Source: Candidatus Limnocylindria bacterium
Lineage (GTDB): Bacteria; Chloroflexota; Limnocylindria; P2-11E
Direction: 5' to 3'
Assembly (NCBI GenBank): GCA_036389995.1
Contig: DASWCR010000031.1
Span: 1 to 42,281, forward strand
Length of the DNA stretch: 42,281 bases
Numbering within the stretch: position 1 is the stretch's first letter; every line of letters starts with the position of its first letter. Below are positions 1 through 8,761 of the stretch, piece after piece. A program made the translations under genes and the position numbers. The notes under the pieces are model-generated. The model made no database searches and had not been told where the DNA came from. It saw nothing but the letters and a program-made list of their open reading frames with translations.

Positions 1-954
1 CCTACGAACGGCCTCACCAAGGCGAGCCAGGACGACATCTACAAGGGCTACTACGACACGAACACCTTCCCGCAGTACGGGAACCGTCTCCTGTCGTGGC
101 CGTTTACCAAGTCGCTCGCCGTGATGTACGTCAACAACGACATCCTCAAGGAGATCGGCAAGCCCATCCCGAAGACCTGGGATGAATTCGAGGCGACCTC
201 ACTCGCAGCGACGAAGAAGGACGCTTCGGGCAAGGTCACGCGAATGGGCTTCGCCTTCAACACCGATGCCTCGTACTTCAACGCGCAGGTCTACGCGCGC
301 GGCGGGAGTCTGATGGCAGCCGACAACAAGACGGTCGCCTGGAACGGCAAAGAGGGCCTCGCAGTGCTCCAGATGTACGACCGCATGAACAAGAACGGTT
401 CGGGATACAGCCCGAAGAGCTTCGACTATCAGGGCGACCTCGCGACCGGCAAGCTCGCGTTCTTCTTCTCCTCGACTTCGACGGTGCCGTTCATGAAGCA
501 GCTCGCCGACACCGCACCGTTCAACTGGAGCATCGCGAACCTGCCGCAGGCTGCGACGGACCCGGCGAAAGCCAAGACGGTGCAGTTCGGAGCGAACGTC
601 GCAATCTTTAAGAGCACGCCCGAGAAACAGCTCGCGTCGTGGCTCTTCATCAAGTGGATGAGTGATACGGACCAATCCGCACAGTTCGCGTCGACGTCGT
701 ACTACATGCCGGTCCGCGCGACGGCGGCGAACTCTCAGACACTCAAGGACTACTGGGCGAAGGTCCCCCAAGGGAAACAGGGCTTCGATCTCATCCAGTA
801 CAGCTCGCCCGAGCCGAACATTCGCGGGCAGCAGGACATTCGCGACGTGATCCTCAACATGATCACCGAGGTGCTCACCGGCAAATCGACGCCAGACGCC
901 GCGATTGCCACCGCGACGACGAAGTCGAACCAGATCATCAAAGACGCTCAGTAA
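1..954 (+). CDS. ABC transporter extracellular solute-binding protein (family 1, sugar-type); 5' end lies outside the window
   Basis: Frame 1 is open from base 1 (PTNGLTKASQDDIYKGYYDTNTFPQYGNRLLSWPFTKSLAV...) and runs into the 121..954 track ORF. The sequence pattern is typical of family 1 solute-binding proteins, and a hairpin plus T-tract follows the stop. Confidence 0.8.
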   Translation, partial: PTNGLTKASQDDIYKGYYDTNTFPQYGNRLLSWPFTKSLAVMYVNNDILKEIGKPIPKTWDEFEATSLAATKKDASGKVTRMGFAFNTDASYFNAQVYARGGSLMAADNKTVAWNGKEGLAVLQMYDRMNKNGSGYSPKSFDYQGDLATGKLAFFFSSTSTVPFMKQLADTAPFNWSIANLPQAATDPAKAKTVQFGANVAIFKSTPEKQLASWLFIKWMSDTDQSAQFASTSYYMPVRATAANSQTLKDYWAKVPQGKQGFDLIQYSSPEPNIRGQQDIRDVILNMITEVLTGKSTPDAAIATATTKSNQIIKDAQ

Positions 955-976
955 CCGCAGATCGCGTAACTAAAGA

Positions 977-1011
977 AGCGCCGGGGCGGTGGCTCCGGCG
1001 CTTTTGTTTTT
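977..1011 (+). terminator. Rho-independent terminator after the solute-binding protein gene
   Basis: An 8-bp perfect stem AGCGCCGG (977-984) / CCGGCGCT (995-1002) is followed by TTTTGTTTTT. Confidence 0.6.
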
Positions 1012-1027
1012 CCGCGAGCGAGGCGTC

Positions 1028-1180
1028 TCAGCTGCCCCCGCGGTGTGGTGGACCGAGAGAGAACCGCTTGTCGGCGTCGGCCTCAGTTACCTTCAGGGTG
1101 AAGCGGCCGCCAAGCGACCATACCGATTGGCCTTCGCCCTTCTTCAGCACGAAAGGCTTGCGAGCAGCACGACCACTCAT
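1028..1180 (-). pseudogene. Probable remnant of a cupin-domain gene (50 codons)
   Basis: MSGRAARKPFVLKKGEGQSVWSLGGRFTLKVTEADADKRFSLGPPHRGGS resembles only the N-terminal strands of small cupins and stops before any His-containing metal motif. It starts 4 nt after the valS stop. Confidence 0.35.
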
Positions 1181-1184
1181 CCGG

Positions 1185-3863
1185 TCAACCTCCTCGTTTC
1201 TTGAGCTCGGTCTCGAGCAACTTGAGCCGGTCTTCGCGTTCCTTGAGCCGTGCTCTCTCTTTCTCGACGACGTCCTTCGGCGCCTTGTCGGCAAAGCCGG
1301 GTTTCGCGAGAAGCTCGCGTGAACGCGTCAGCACCTGGCGAGCTTCCTCAAGTTCTCGTCCGAGCCGCGCTCTCTGCTCGGTTTCGTCGCGCTCCACGAC
1401 GAGCCGGATCTCGATCGCACGCACCACGGTGGCGGTGCCCTCGCCTTTGCCGAGCGTCACGTCGCTGTGCGTCAAATCCCCGATCTGTGGCAGGAGATCG
1501 CGCACGGCCGCGGTGTCGCCGGCGAGCGACACCTTGATGCGCGCGGACGGATCGACCCCGCCCCCCTGGCGCACGTTACGAATCGCGCGCACCACGTCGA
1601 TGAATGCGCCGAAGCGCTCCTCGAGGGCGAGGTCGCGCTCCCCCGGTTTCGGCCATGGCGAAACCACGAGCGAGCTCGCCTCATCGGTCTTCCCGGCGCG
1701 CTTCCAGAGCTGCACGGCGATCGTCTCGGTGATGAAGGGCATCGATGGATGCAGAAGCCGAAGCACACGGTCGAGCACGTACGCGAGCGTGCGCACCGCC
1801 TCCACGGCGTCCGCGCCGCGCAGCGACGGTTTGGCGAGCTCCACGTAGATATCGGCGAGCTCGCCCCAGATGAAGGCCTCGAGCGCGACGAGATACTCGC
1901 CGAAGAGATAGCCGTCGACGAGGCGCGTCGCCTCCGCCACTGCCGCGTCCGTGCGCGAGAGGATCCAACGGGCGACCTCGCCCTTCGCATCGGGCCGCCG
2001 ATCGGCCTTGTGGCCTTTGAAGGCCTCGGGATGTTCGTCCACCTGCTTCAGCACGAAGCGGCTGATGTTCCAGAGCTTGTTCGCGAAGTTCCGCGCGTGG
2101 TCGAGCTTGTTTTGGGAAAGCTGCGAGTCCGCGCCCATCGCGATGCCGTGCACCAGCGCATACCGGAGGGCATCGGCTCCGTAGTCCTCGATGAACTCGA
2201 CCGGGCTCACCACGTTGTGCAGCGACTTGCTCATCTTGACCGTGCCGACCTTCACGAGACCGTGGAGGTACACCGTCTCGAAGGGGATCTCTCCCATGTG
2301 CTCGAGGCCGAGCATGATCATCCGCGCGACCCAGAAGAACAGGATGTCGTAGCCGGTCTCGAGGACCGAACCTGGGTAGTAGCGCCCCAGATCAGGCGTC
2401 TTGTCCGGCCAGCCGAGCGTGCTGAACGGCCAAAGCCCCGATGAGAACCAGGTGTCCAGCACGTCGGGGTCCTGATAGATGTCGTCGCTGCGGCAGCGCG
2501 TGCACCGCGCCGGATCGGGGGCGTCCTCGTCGGGCACGATGACGTTGTCGCAGTCGCGGCAGTACCACGCTGGAATGGAGTGACCCCACCAGATCTGGCG
2601 CGACACCGGCCAGTCGCGGATGTTCTCCATCCAGTTGAAATAGACCTTCTCCTGGTACTTCGGCAGGATCGTGATGCGGCCATTGCGCACGGCATCGATC
2701 GCGGGCGGCGCGAGCCGGTCCATACGGACCCACCACTGCTTCAGCACGAGCGGCTCGTCGACCGTGCCGCACCGGTCGTGGACCGCGACCGCGTGGGTGA
2801 TCGGCTCCTCTTTCACGAGAAGGCCCGAGGCGCGCAGCTTCTCGACCATCATGTTCCGGCCGGCCTCGCGATCCGGACCGGCCAGGGGTCCGGCGGCGGG
2901 CGTCATCATCCCGCGCTTGTCGATCACCGACAGCACCGGCAGGCCGTGGCGCTGTCCGATCTCAAAGTCGGTCTGATCGTGGCCGGGTGTGATCTTGAGC
3001 GCCCCCGTACCGAAGCTCGGATCGACCGCCTCGTCGGCGATGATCTTGATTCGTCGCTCCACGGCGGGGACAAGCACTTCTCTGCCGACGAGCGCCTTCC
3101 AACGCTCGTCATCGGGGTGGACCGCGATCGCGACGTCGGCCACGATCGTCTCCGGTCGCGTCGTCGCCACGACCACATCCGGTGTACTTCTCGGCATCGG
3201 ATCCGCCCACGGGTAGCGCACGTAATAGAGCGTGTCCGTCCGCGTGATGTGCTTCACCTCGAGGTCCGAATACGTCGTCTGATCCCGGAGGCACCAGTGC
3301 ACGATCCGATCGCCTCTGTAGAGATGACCCTTCTTGTGAAGCCGGATGAAATGCGTGCGCACGGCACGCTGCTTCGACGGCTCCATCGTGAAATTGGGCC
3401 GCGACCAATCGAGCGAGCATCCGAGCATGCGGAGCTGCTTCTCGATGCGCGGCCGGTAATGGTCCATCCATTTCCACATCTCTTCGAGGAACTTCTCGCG
3501 ACCAAGCTGCTGCCGCGTGATGCCCTCCTTGGCGAGCTCGTTCTCCACCACGACCTGGGCGATGATCCCGGCGTGGTCGGTGCCCGGCATCCAGAGCGTC
3601 GGCTCACCCTGCATGCGGTGGTACCGCGCCATGAGGTCCTCGTAGCCACCGAAGCCCAGAGCGTGACCCAGGTGAAGATCGCCGGTAATGTTCGGAAGCG
3701 GCAGCATCATGACGAACGGCTTCTTGCGGTTCTTCTCGCCAGGCGTGAAGAAGCCGCTCTCCTCCCACCACCCGTAGAGGTCGGCCTCGACGGCGGCCGG
3801 ACGGAAGTTTTTTTCCGCGAGGTCGAGTGCTGACGCGGGTGGTCCCGGCATCGTCGTCGCCAC
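1185..3863 (-). CDS. valS: Valine--tRNA ligase
   Basis: Class I aaRS motifs are present: HIGH-like PNITGDLHLGHA and KMSKS (VKMSKSLHN), plus a C-terminal coiled coil typical of ValRS. The start is placed at GTG 3863, 7 nt after GGAGA; ATG 3851 is the alternative. The 5' extension of the track ORF to 3944 overlaps the T-box terminator and is rejected. Confidence 0.95.
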   Translation of the reverse strand: MATTMPGPPASALDLAEKNFRPAAVEADLYGWWEESGFFTPGEKNRKKPFVMMLPLPNITGDLHLGHALGFGGYEDLMARYHRMQGEPTLWMPGTDHAGIIAQVVVENELAKEGITRQQLGREKFLEEMWKWMDHYRPRIEKQLRMLGCSLDWSRPNFTMEPSKQRAVRTHFIRLHKKGHLYRGDRIVHWCLRDQTTYSDLEVKHITRTDTLYYVRYPWADPMPRSTPDVVVATTRPETIVADVAIAVHPDDERWKALVGREVLVPAVERRIKIIADEAVDPSFGTGALKITPGHDQTDFEIGQRHGLPVLSVIDKRGMMTPAAGPLAGPDREAGRNMMVEKLRASGLLVKEEPITHAVAVHDRCGTVDEPLVLKQWWVRMDRLAPPAIDAVRNGRITILPKYQEKVYFNWMENIRDWPVSRQIWWGHSIPAWYCRDCDNVIVPDEDAPDPARCTRCRSDDIYQDPDVLDTWFSSGLWPFSTLGWPDKTPDLGRYYPGSVLETGYDILFFWVARMIMLGLEHMGEIPFETVYLHGLVKVGTVKMSKSLHNVVSPVEFIEDYGADALRYALVHGIAMGADSQLSQNKLDHARNFANKLWNISRFVLKQVDEHPEAFKGHKADRRPDAKGEVARWILSRTDAAVAEATRLVDGYLFGEYLVALEAFIWGELADIYVELAKPSLRGADAVEAVRTLAYVLDRVLRLLHPSMPFITETIAVQLWKRAGKTDEASSLVVSPWPKPGERDLALEERFGAFIDVVRAIRNVRQGGGVDPSARIKVSLAGDTAAVRDLLPQIGDLTHSDVTLGKGEGTATVVRAIEIRLVVERDETEQRARLGRELEEARQVLTRSRELLAKPGFADKAPKDVVEKERARLKEREDRLKLLETELKKRGG

Positions 3864-4085
3864 TGCTCGTTCTCCTTTCGCCAAAACAAAAACGCCGCCT
3901 CGTCCAAGGACGAGCGGCGTCGTGGTACCACCCTGGCTTCGCACGGAGACCGTGCCTCAAACCGCTCTAACGGGCGGACCCGATCCGGCTCGCGGGCGAC
4001 CTTCCGAACCTCTCGCGCGGCACCCTTTCACCAGTGAGGCGCCTTCTCTATCGGTGTGAGGCCCGTACTCCTCCCGGTCGCGGCC
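3864..4085 (-). promoter_or_regulatory. T-box riboswitch leader with Val (GUC) specifier, transcription-termination type
   Basis: Read on the minus strand. Stem I has a specifier loop with AGGAGUA (4072-4066) on the 5' side and GAAG-GUC-G (4004-3997) on the 3' side, closed by CGGG/CCCG and by CGGGCCUC/GAGGUUCG. Also present are an AGAGA bulge (4049-4045), a GGUGAAAG distal loop (4032-4025), the T-box sequence AGGGUGGUACCACG (3934-3921) and an overlapping terminator hairpin. Confidence 0.8.
3883..3923 (-). terminator. Intrinsic terminator of the valS T-box leader
   Basis: Minus strand ACGCCGCUCGUCC-uug-GACGAGGCGGCGU forms a ~12-bp stem with one bulged G, followed by UUUUGUUUU. Its 5' arm overlaps the T-box antiterminator sequence. 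Confidence 0.8.
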
Positions 4086-4371
4086 GGTAGCTGAACAGGA
4101 TAACGAAGATCGCGAGCAACACGACGGCTGTCGTGAGAGCGACGAGGGTCGCGGCCTGCTGCGCCCGCTCGGTCGATGCCTTCGCGGCGGCGGCGCCCTC
4201 CGCGGTAAGGGGCGCGGCCTGGTAGCCGGCGACCGCCGGCGCGACCGAGGCAGCCGGAGTAGCGGTGGAGGCATCGGACCGCCCGAAGCTGTTCGGCGCG
4301 GCGAGCGTCATGCCGATCGCCGCGAAGACGATGGACAAGGCAAAGCCCACGCGGAGTAAGAGGTTCCCCAT
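4048..4371 (-). CDS. Hypothetical small secreted or membrane-anchored protein
   Basis: 107-aa ORF with an N-terminal signal-like hydrophobic segment (LLLRVGFALSIVFAAIGMTLAAP), an Ala-rich middle and a C-terminal TM helix (LVALTTAVVLLAIFVILF) followed by a basic tail. Third codon positions are G/C-rich. No family recognised. Confidence 0.45.
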   Translation of the reverse strand: MGNLLLRVGFALSIVFAAIGMTLAAPNSFGRSDASTATPAASVAPAVAGYQAAPLTAEGAAAAKASTERAQQAATLVALTTAVVLLAIFVILFSYRPRPGGVRASHR

Positions 4372-4423
4372 ACGGAGATTGTGGGTGCAGAACTGATGCC
4401 GTGCACTGGCGAGCGAGCGAGGG

Positions 4424-7400
4424 CTAGGCCGGGGTGCGCTTCCGCATGAGCTGTTTCTGCCGATACATCGCTCGATCGGCCGCTTCCACGAGGGCGTCGA
4501 CGGTCGCCTCCCCGCTCGCGTCGGCCACTCCCCAGGCGATCGTTGGCAGCCGATGGCCGACGCCGAGCGTGCTGTTCGCTATCCGTTCCGCGAGCCGGCG
4601 GACGATCCGCTCGGCCGTGAGGATCGGGGCGCCCACAAAGAGGACAGCGAACTCGTCGCCGCCGATACGCGCGACGAGATCGCCATCCCGAACTCCCTCC
4701 TGGAGGATCGCGCCGACCCGCACCAGCGCTTCGTCGCCGGCCGCGTGGCCAAAGCTGTCGTTCAACGCTTTGAGCCCGTTCGCGTCGACGATCGCGACCG
4801 AGAGCGGGGCCTCGTCGCGGCCGGCGAGCTCGCGCTCGAGGCGCTGGAAGAAGCTGCGCCGGTTCGGGAGACCGGTCAGCGGATCGGTGGCCGCCGCCGT
4901 CTTCGCCGCCTGGTGCAGCTTCGCGACCCGCACCGCCGCCGCGACCTGGTGCGATACCGCCGTCAGCAGGTCCTCGTCTTCACGGCCGAAGGCGGAGAGC
5001 CGCGTGCTCTCGACGCCGAGGGCACCGATCCGCTCGTCGCCGAGCTGGAGCGGAACGCAGAGCACCGAGCGGATCTCGCTCGGCCCGTAGAAGCGCGGGT
5101 CGAGACGCCCGTCAGCGACGTTCTGGAGCTCGCCGCGCTCGACGACCCACCAGCTGATGCCCTGACCCCGTGGGAGGCGTTGCCCGACGTACGACCCCGA
5201 CGGCCCGACCGCGGCCCGGATCACGAGATGCTCGCCCGCGTCGTCGAGCGTGAGCAGGAAGCCATTCTCGTAGTCCATCGCATCGCAGATGATCCGGAGG
5301 AGCCGCTGGGCAAGCTCGTCGATGTCGAGCACGGCGCTGATCTCCGAAGCGAGCCGCTGGAGGATCGCGAGCTGCCGTCCGTGGGTCTGCGCGCTCGCGG
5401 CGAACTGCTCGAGGAGGACGCCCGGTCCGGGCACGTCCTCGATGTCTTCGTGAAGGATCCCGGCGATACGGCGGAGCTGCGCCGCACCCTGCGCGCGGTC
5501 GCGCTCGATGAGCCGCAGGAAGGCGTCGACCACGGCGGGGTGGAACTGGGTCCCGCGGCAGCGGAGCAGCTCGGCGCACGCGTGCTCGACCGTCTGCGCG
5601 GGCTTGTATGCGCGCCGGCTGACGATGACCTCGAACGCATCCGCGGCCGCCACGACGTACGCCTCGATCGGCACGAGATCGCCGCCCAGTTCGTCGGGAT
5701 AGCCGGCTCCGTCGTAGCGCTCGTGATGGCTTCGAACGATCGGCACGAGATCACGGAGCGGCTCGACCGCGTTCACGATCGACGCGCCGAGGATCGAGTG
5801 GCTGCGCATGATCACCCATTCGTCGGGCGAGAGCGCGCCGGGTTTGTTGAGGATCGCGTCGGGCACGCCGATCTTTCCGATGTCGTGCAGGAGCGCGCCA
5901 AGCTGTATGCGGCGAACCTGGTCCGCGCTGAGCTCCATCTCCTCGGCGATCCCGCGAGAAAGCGCGGCGACCCGCGCCGAGTGGCTGCGCGTGTACGGGT
6001 CGCGGGCGTCGACCGCGGCGGCGAGGGCGCGCACCGACGCGAGGTAGAGCTCGCGCATTCGTGCGAGAGCGCCCGCGTTCTCGAATGCGGTCGCGACGAG
6101 GTTCGCGAGGGTTTGCAGGACGGCGACGTCCTCGTCGTCCAGCATGTTCGGCGCGTCGGTCCCGCACGCGAGCACGCCCACGAGCTTTCCGCGGCTCTTC
6201 ATCGGCAGGTACACCTCGTTCTGCGTGCGGAAGGGCTCGCCCGAGAGAACGACCTGGCTCGTCGGACCCGATCCGATCGACGCACGCGTCTCGCCCGCGG
6301 TTGCCTCGCTGCCGCGCGCTTCGATCACGAACTCGAGCTCGTTGCCGCGCTCGTCGTAGCGCGCGATGGAGAAGGAGTCGCGCCGCAGGAGCGTCTCCGC
6401 GGCGTCGAACGCGAGCTTCGCGATCCCGAAGGGCTCATGCACCGCGGCGAGCTGCCACGCCAGGACGTTCAGCGCCGAGAGCCGTCCGATCCGTCGTTCG
6501 CGCTCGCGGCGCTCGTTCGCGGTGCGAAGCGCGCTCGCGGCCAGGTCGGCGAAGGCCAGCAGCTCCTGCCTCTCGATGGCGTCGAAGGACCGGTACGGGT
6601 CGGTCGTGCCGACGGCGAGCGTCGCGCGGATCTCGCCTTCGAAGATGACCGGGGCGACCATGATGGCGTGCACCCCCACGTCCCGGGCGAGCATGCTGAT
6701 CGGCCGTTCCGGCTCGATGCCGTTATCCCTGCCGTAGTCGCGAAGGTGTACGAGTTCGCGCGCTGCGAGCACCTGCCGCAAGAGCGGCCCGACCGGCATC
6801 CAGTCGAGGCTGCGCGCCGGTGCAGCCTTGCCGAGCGCGGCGAGCGGCCTGCCGAGCTCGCCCTTGAGCTCGGTGATGACCACCCACTCCAAGTCGAAGA
6901 CCGCCTGCATCGCCTGGGCGATCCGATCGATAACGTCCTCGGGCATGGCGCCGGACAGCTCACGCGACAGCGTCTCAAGACGCCGGCCCTGCTCGATGAT
7001 CCGGGCATTGCGGAGTGCGATCGAGGCGTGGGATGCGAGGCCTTCGAGAGCGGCGCGGTCGTCGGCGTCGAATGGACGCGGCTCGAGGCGGCCGACGGTG
7101 ATGGTGGCCGCGAACTCGCCGTGCAGGAAGATCGGAACCCCGATCAGCGCCCGCACTCCAACATCGCGCACGGCCGGAACGGCTGTCGGATCGGCCGAGT
7201 AATCGTCCACCATGACGGTCGCGCGGGTCCGCAGGACCGCGCCGACGATGCCCGCCTCAGAAGGCGCGTGCACGCCGACGACCTGCTCGCCGGTGCCGGC
7301 GCCGGCCGCGATGTAAAACTCGTCCCCGCGGCGAACGTTAATGGTGGCGTGGTGCGCGTTGGCGAGGAGGAGCGCGCTCCGCGCGATCGTGCGGAAGAGG

Positions 7401-7987
7401 GCCATCGGCTCGGTCTCGGATGCGATCTGGGTGGCGAGATGCTCGAGGCTTTTGCCGAGGCGAAGCGCTTTCTCGGCGCGGGCCTGCTCCGCACGGTAGC
7501 TATCGACTGTGGCCGACAGGATCAGCACCGCGATGGCGACGACGAAGACTTCGGCAACGAGCTGCGGCACCGGGGTCGCCTCGCCCAACGCCATGCGCAG
7601 CGCCTCCATGCCGAGTCGCGCCGCGACGTACGTCGTCATCGTGGCGACGAGTCCCTCGCGGCCGAGCCGGTACATCGCGAACGCACCGACAGCGAGGACG
7701 ATGACGAACGCGATGCTCCGCGGATTCGAGGCGCTGCCGACCATCCACACGCCGGCGGTTACCAGGTCCGCGATGACGACGTGGACGGGGACCTCGTGCA
7801 GCTCGAGCGTGCGCCCTCGCCGCCGATCGAGCCACCAGACTCGCGCCGCCGTCGCGACGAGCAGGACGAGCGCTGCCGCGGCGATCGGCAGGATCCCCTG
7901 CCCGCCGAGCGAGAGCCAGGCGACCGCGCCCAGGAAGGCACCGAAACGCCCCACCAGCAGTGGATCGCGTGGAAAAAGGCCGCGCAT
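4424..7987 (-). CDS. Multidomain c-di-GMP signalling protein: ~5 TM helices, GAF x3, HD-GYP phosphodiesterase, GAF, GGDEF diguanylate cyclase
   Basis: HD-GYP motifs are LLHDIGK and HHERYDGAGYP. The C-terminal GGDEF domain has DPLTGLPNRRSF and RIGGDEFAV, with an RxxD I-site (RDGD) five residues upstream. Four GAF-like blocks are separated by linkers, and the N-terminus is hydrophobic. Confidence 0.9.
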   Translation of the reverse strand: MRGLFPRDPLLVGRFGAFLGAVAWLSLGGQGILPIAAAALVLLVATAARVWWLDRRRGRTLELHEVPVHVVIADLVTAGVWMVGSASNPRSIAFVIVLAVGAFAMYRLGREGLVATMTTYVAARLGMEALRMALGEATPVPQLVAEVFVVAIAVLILSATVDSYRAEQARAEKALRLGKSLEHLATQIASETEPMALFRTIARSALLLANAHHATINVRRGDEFYIAAGAGTGEQVVGVHAPSEAGIVGAVLRTRATVMVDDYSADPTAVPAVRDVGVRALIGVPIFLHGEFAATITVGRLEPRPFDADDRAALEGLASHASIALRNARIIEQGRRLETLSRELSGAMPEDVIDRIAQAMQAVFDLEWVVITELKGELGRPLAALGKAAPARSLDWMPVGPLLRQVLAARELVHLRDYGRDNGIEPERPISMLARDVGVHAIMVAPVIFEGEIRATLAVGTTDPYRSFDAIERQELLAFADLAASALRTANERRERERRIGRLSALNVLAWQLAAVHEPFGIAKLAFDAAETLLRRDSFSIARYDERGNELEFVIEARGSEATAGETRASIGSGPTSQVVLSGEPFRTQNEVYLPMKSRGKLVGVLACGTDAPNMLDDEDVAVLQTLANLVATAFENAGALARMRELYLASVRALAAAVDARDPYTRSHSARVAALSRGIAEEMELSADQVRRIQLGALLHDIGKIGVPDAILNKPGALSPDEWVIMRSHSILGASIVNAVEPLRDLVPIVRSHHERYDGAGYPDELGGDLVPIEAYVVAAADAFEVIVSRRAYKPAQTVEHACAELLRCRGTQFHPAVVDAFLRLIERDRAQGAAQLRRIAGILHEDIEDVPGPGVLLEQFAASAQTHGRQLAILQRLASEISAVLDIDELAQRLLRIICDAMDYENGFLLTLDDAGEHLVIRAAVGPSGSYVGQRLPRGQGISWWVVERGELQNVADGRLDPRFYGPSEIRSVLCVPLQLGDERIGALGVESTRLSAFGREDEDLLTAVSHQVAAAVRVAKLHQAAKTAAATDPLTGLPNRRSFFQRLERELAGRDEAPLSVAIVDANGLKALNDSFGHAAGDEALVRVGAILQEGVRDGDLVARIGGDEFAVLFVGAPILTAERIVRRLAERIANSTLGVGHRLPTIAWGVADASGEATVDALVEAADRAMYRQKQLMRKRTPA

Positions 7988-8012
7988 CCGGCCGGAACGA
8001 TAGGTAGGCTGC

Positions 8013-8405
8013 TTGCCCGATAGGTATCAGGGGCGTAGGGAGGCCGCCGTGCAAAAGGCACTCGGCACCACGCTCGCCGGCCTTGTGCTTGGGGCCATCG
8101 TGGTGCCCCTCGCGGTGGCCGCCTTCGCTCCGTTGGGATTCATCGTGTTCGCGGCCCTGGTGGGGCTGGCCGCCGCGCGGAGTGAGTCGCGTGCGCTCGG
8201 CGGAGGCCTCCTCATCGCTTCAGGGCTGTGGTGGGTCTATTTCATCCGCCAGGCCGTCGATCGATGCGACGCGCTCGATCGCCAACCGAGCGGAAGCTGC
8301 GCGATCTACGGCAGCGACGAGCAGCTGGCGCTGGCCGGATGCGTCGTCGTCGTGGGCATTCTTCTCGTCGCTGTCGCGCTGCGCCAAAAGACGGCTACGG
8401 CTTAG
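8013..8405 (+). CDS. Hypothetical integral membrane protein
   Basis: 130-aa ORF with about four hydrophobic helices (LAGLVLGAIVVPLAVAAF, FIVFAALVGLAAA, LLIASGLWWVYFI, CVVVVGILLVAVAL). The start is uncertain; GTG 8049 is an alternative. Confidence 0.5.
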   Translation: MPDRYQGRREAAVQKALGTTLAGLVLGAIVVPLAVAAFAPLGFIVFAALVGLAAARSESRALGGGLLIASGLWWVYFIRQAVDRCDALDRQPSGSCAIYGSDEQLALAGCVVVVGILLVAVALRQKTATA

Positions 8406-8757
8406 CGGCTCCGTCCGAGCCCGGTCTCGGAAGGTCGGTGCGGGGAGGTGCGAACACTTGGACCACCTGGGTGATCTCCTCGAAGACGCGTGCGCCGTGC
8501 GCGGTGCCGGCGGGAATCCGGAACGTGTCGCCGACCATGAGGATGCGTTGCTCGCCGGCGATGACCATGGCGAGGGATCCCTTCACCACGACGCCGAACT
8601 GCTCGACGTCGTGCTTGTGGGTCGCGACGATCGTCCTCGGTGTGTAGTCGTACACGATCATCGTCGCGTGCTGCGCATGGACGACGCGGCCCTTCACACC
8701 TGGATGCGGTTCGATCACGGGTAGGTCGCGCGGGCTCGCGTAGTACAGAAGCGGCAC
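8395..8757 (-). CDS. Cupin domain protein
   Basis: 120 aa with cupin-like motifs (ATHKHDVEQFGVVVKGSL ... GDTFRIPAGTAHGA). It starts 4 nt after the clpX stop, so it is likely co-transcribed with clpPX. Confidence 0.75.
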   Translation of the reverse strand: MPLLYYASPRDLPVIEPHPGVKGRVVHAQHATMIVYDYTPRTIVATHKHDVEQFGVVVKGSLAMVIAGEQRILMVGDTFRIPAGTAHGARVFEEITQVVQVFAPPRTDLPRPGSDGAAKP

Positions 8758-8761
8758 CGTG

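Noticed and set aside
3997-4004. Alternative reading of the T-box specifier as GGU (Gly), directly after GAA
   Set aside because: The specifier is positioned relative to the 3' end of the loop: codon, then a purine, then the closing helix CCCG. This gives GUC-G, which matches the regulated gene valS. The loop has one extra nucleotide compared with glyQS-type leaders.
4553-8023. 1156-aa plus-strand ORF antisense to the GAF/HD-GYP/GGDEF gene
   Set aside because: Arg/Asp/Glu/Gly-rich low-complexity translation with no recognisable motifs. It mirrors a well-supported gene on the opposite strand, which is the typical long antisense ORF of GC-rich DNA.
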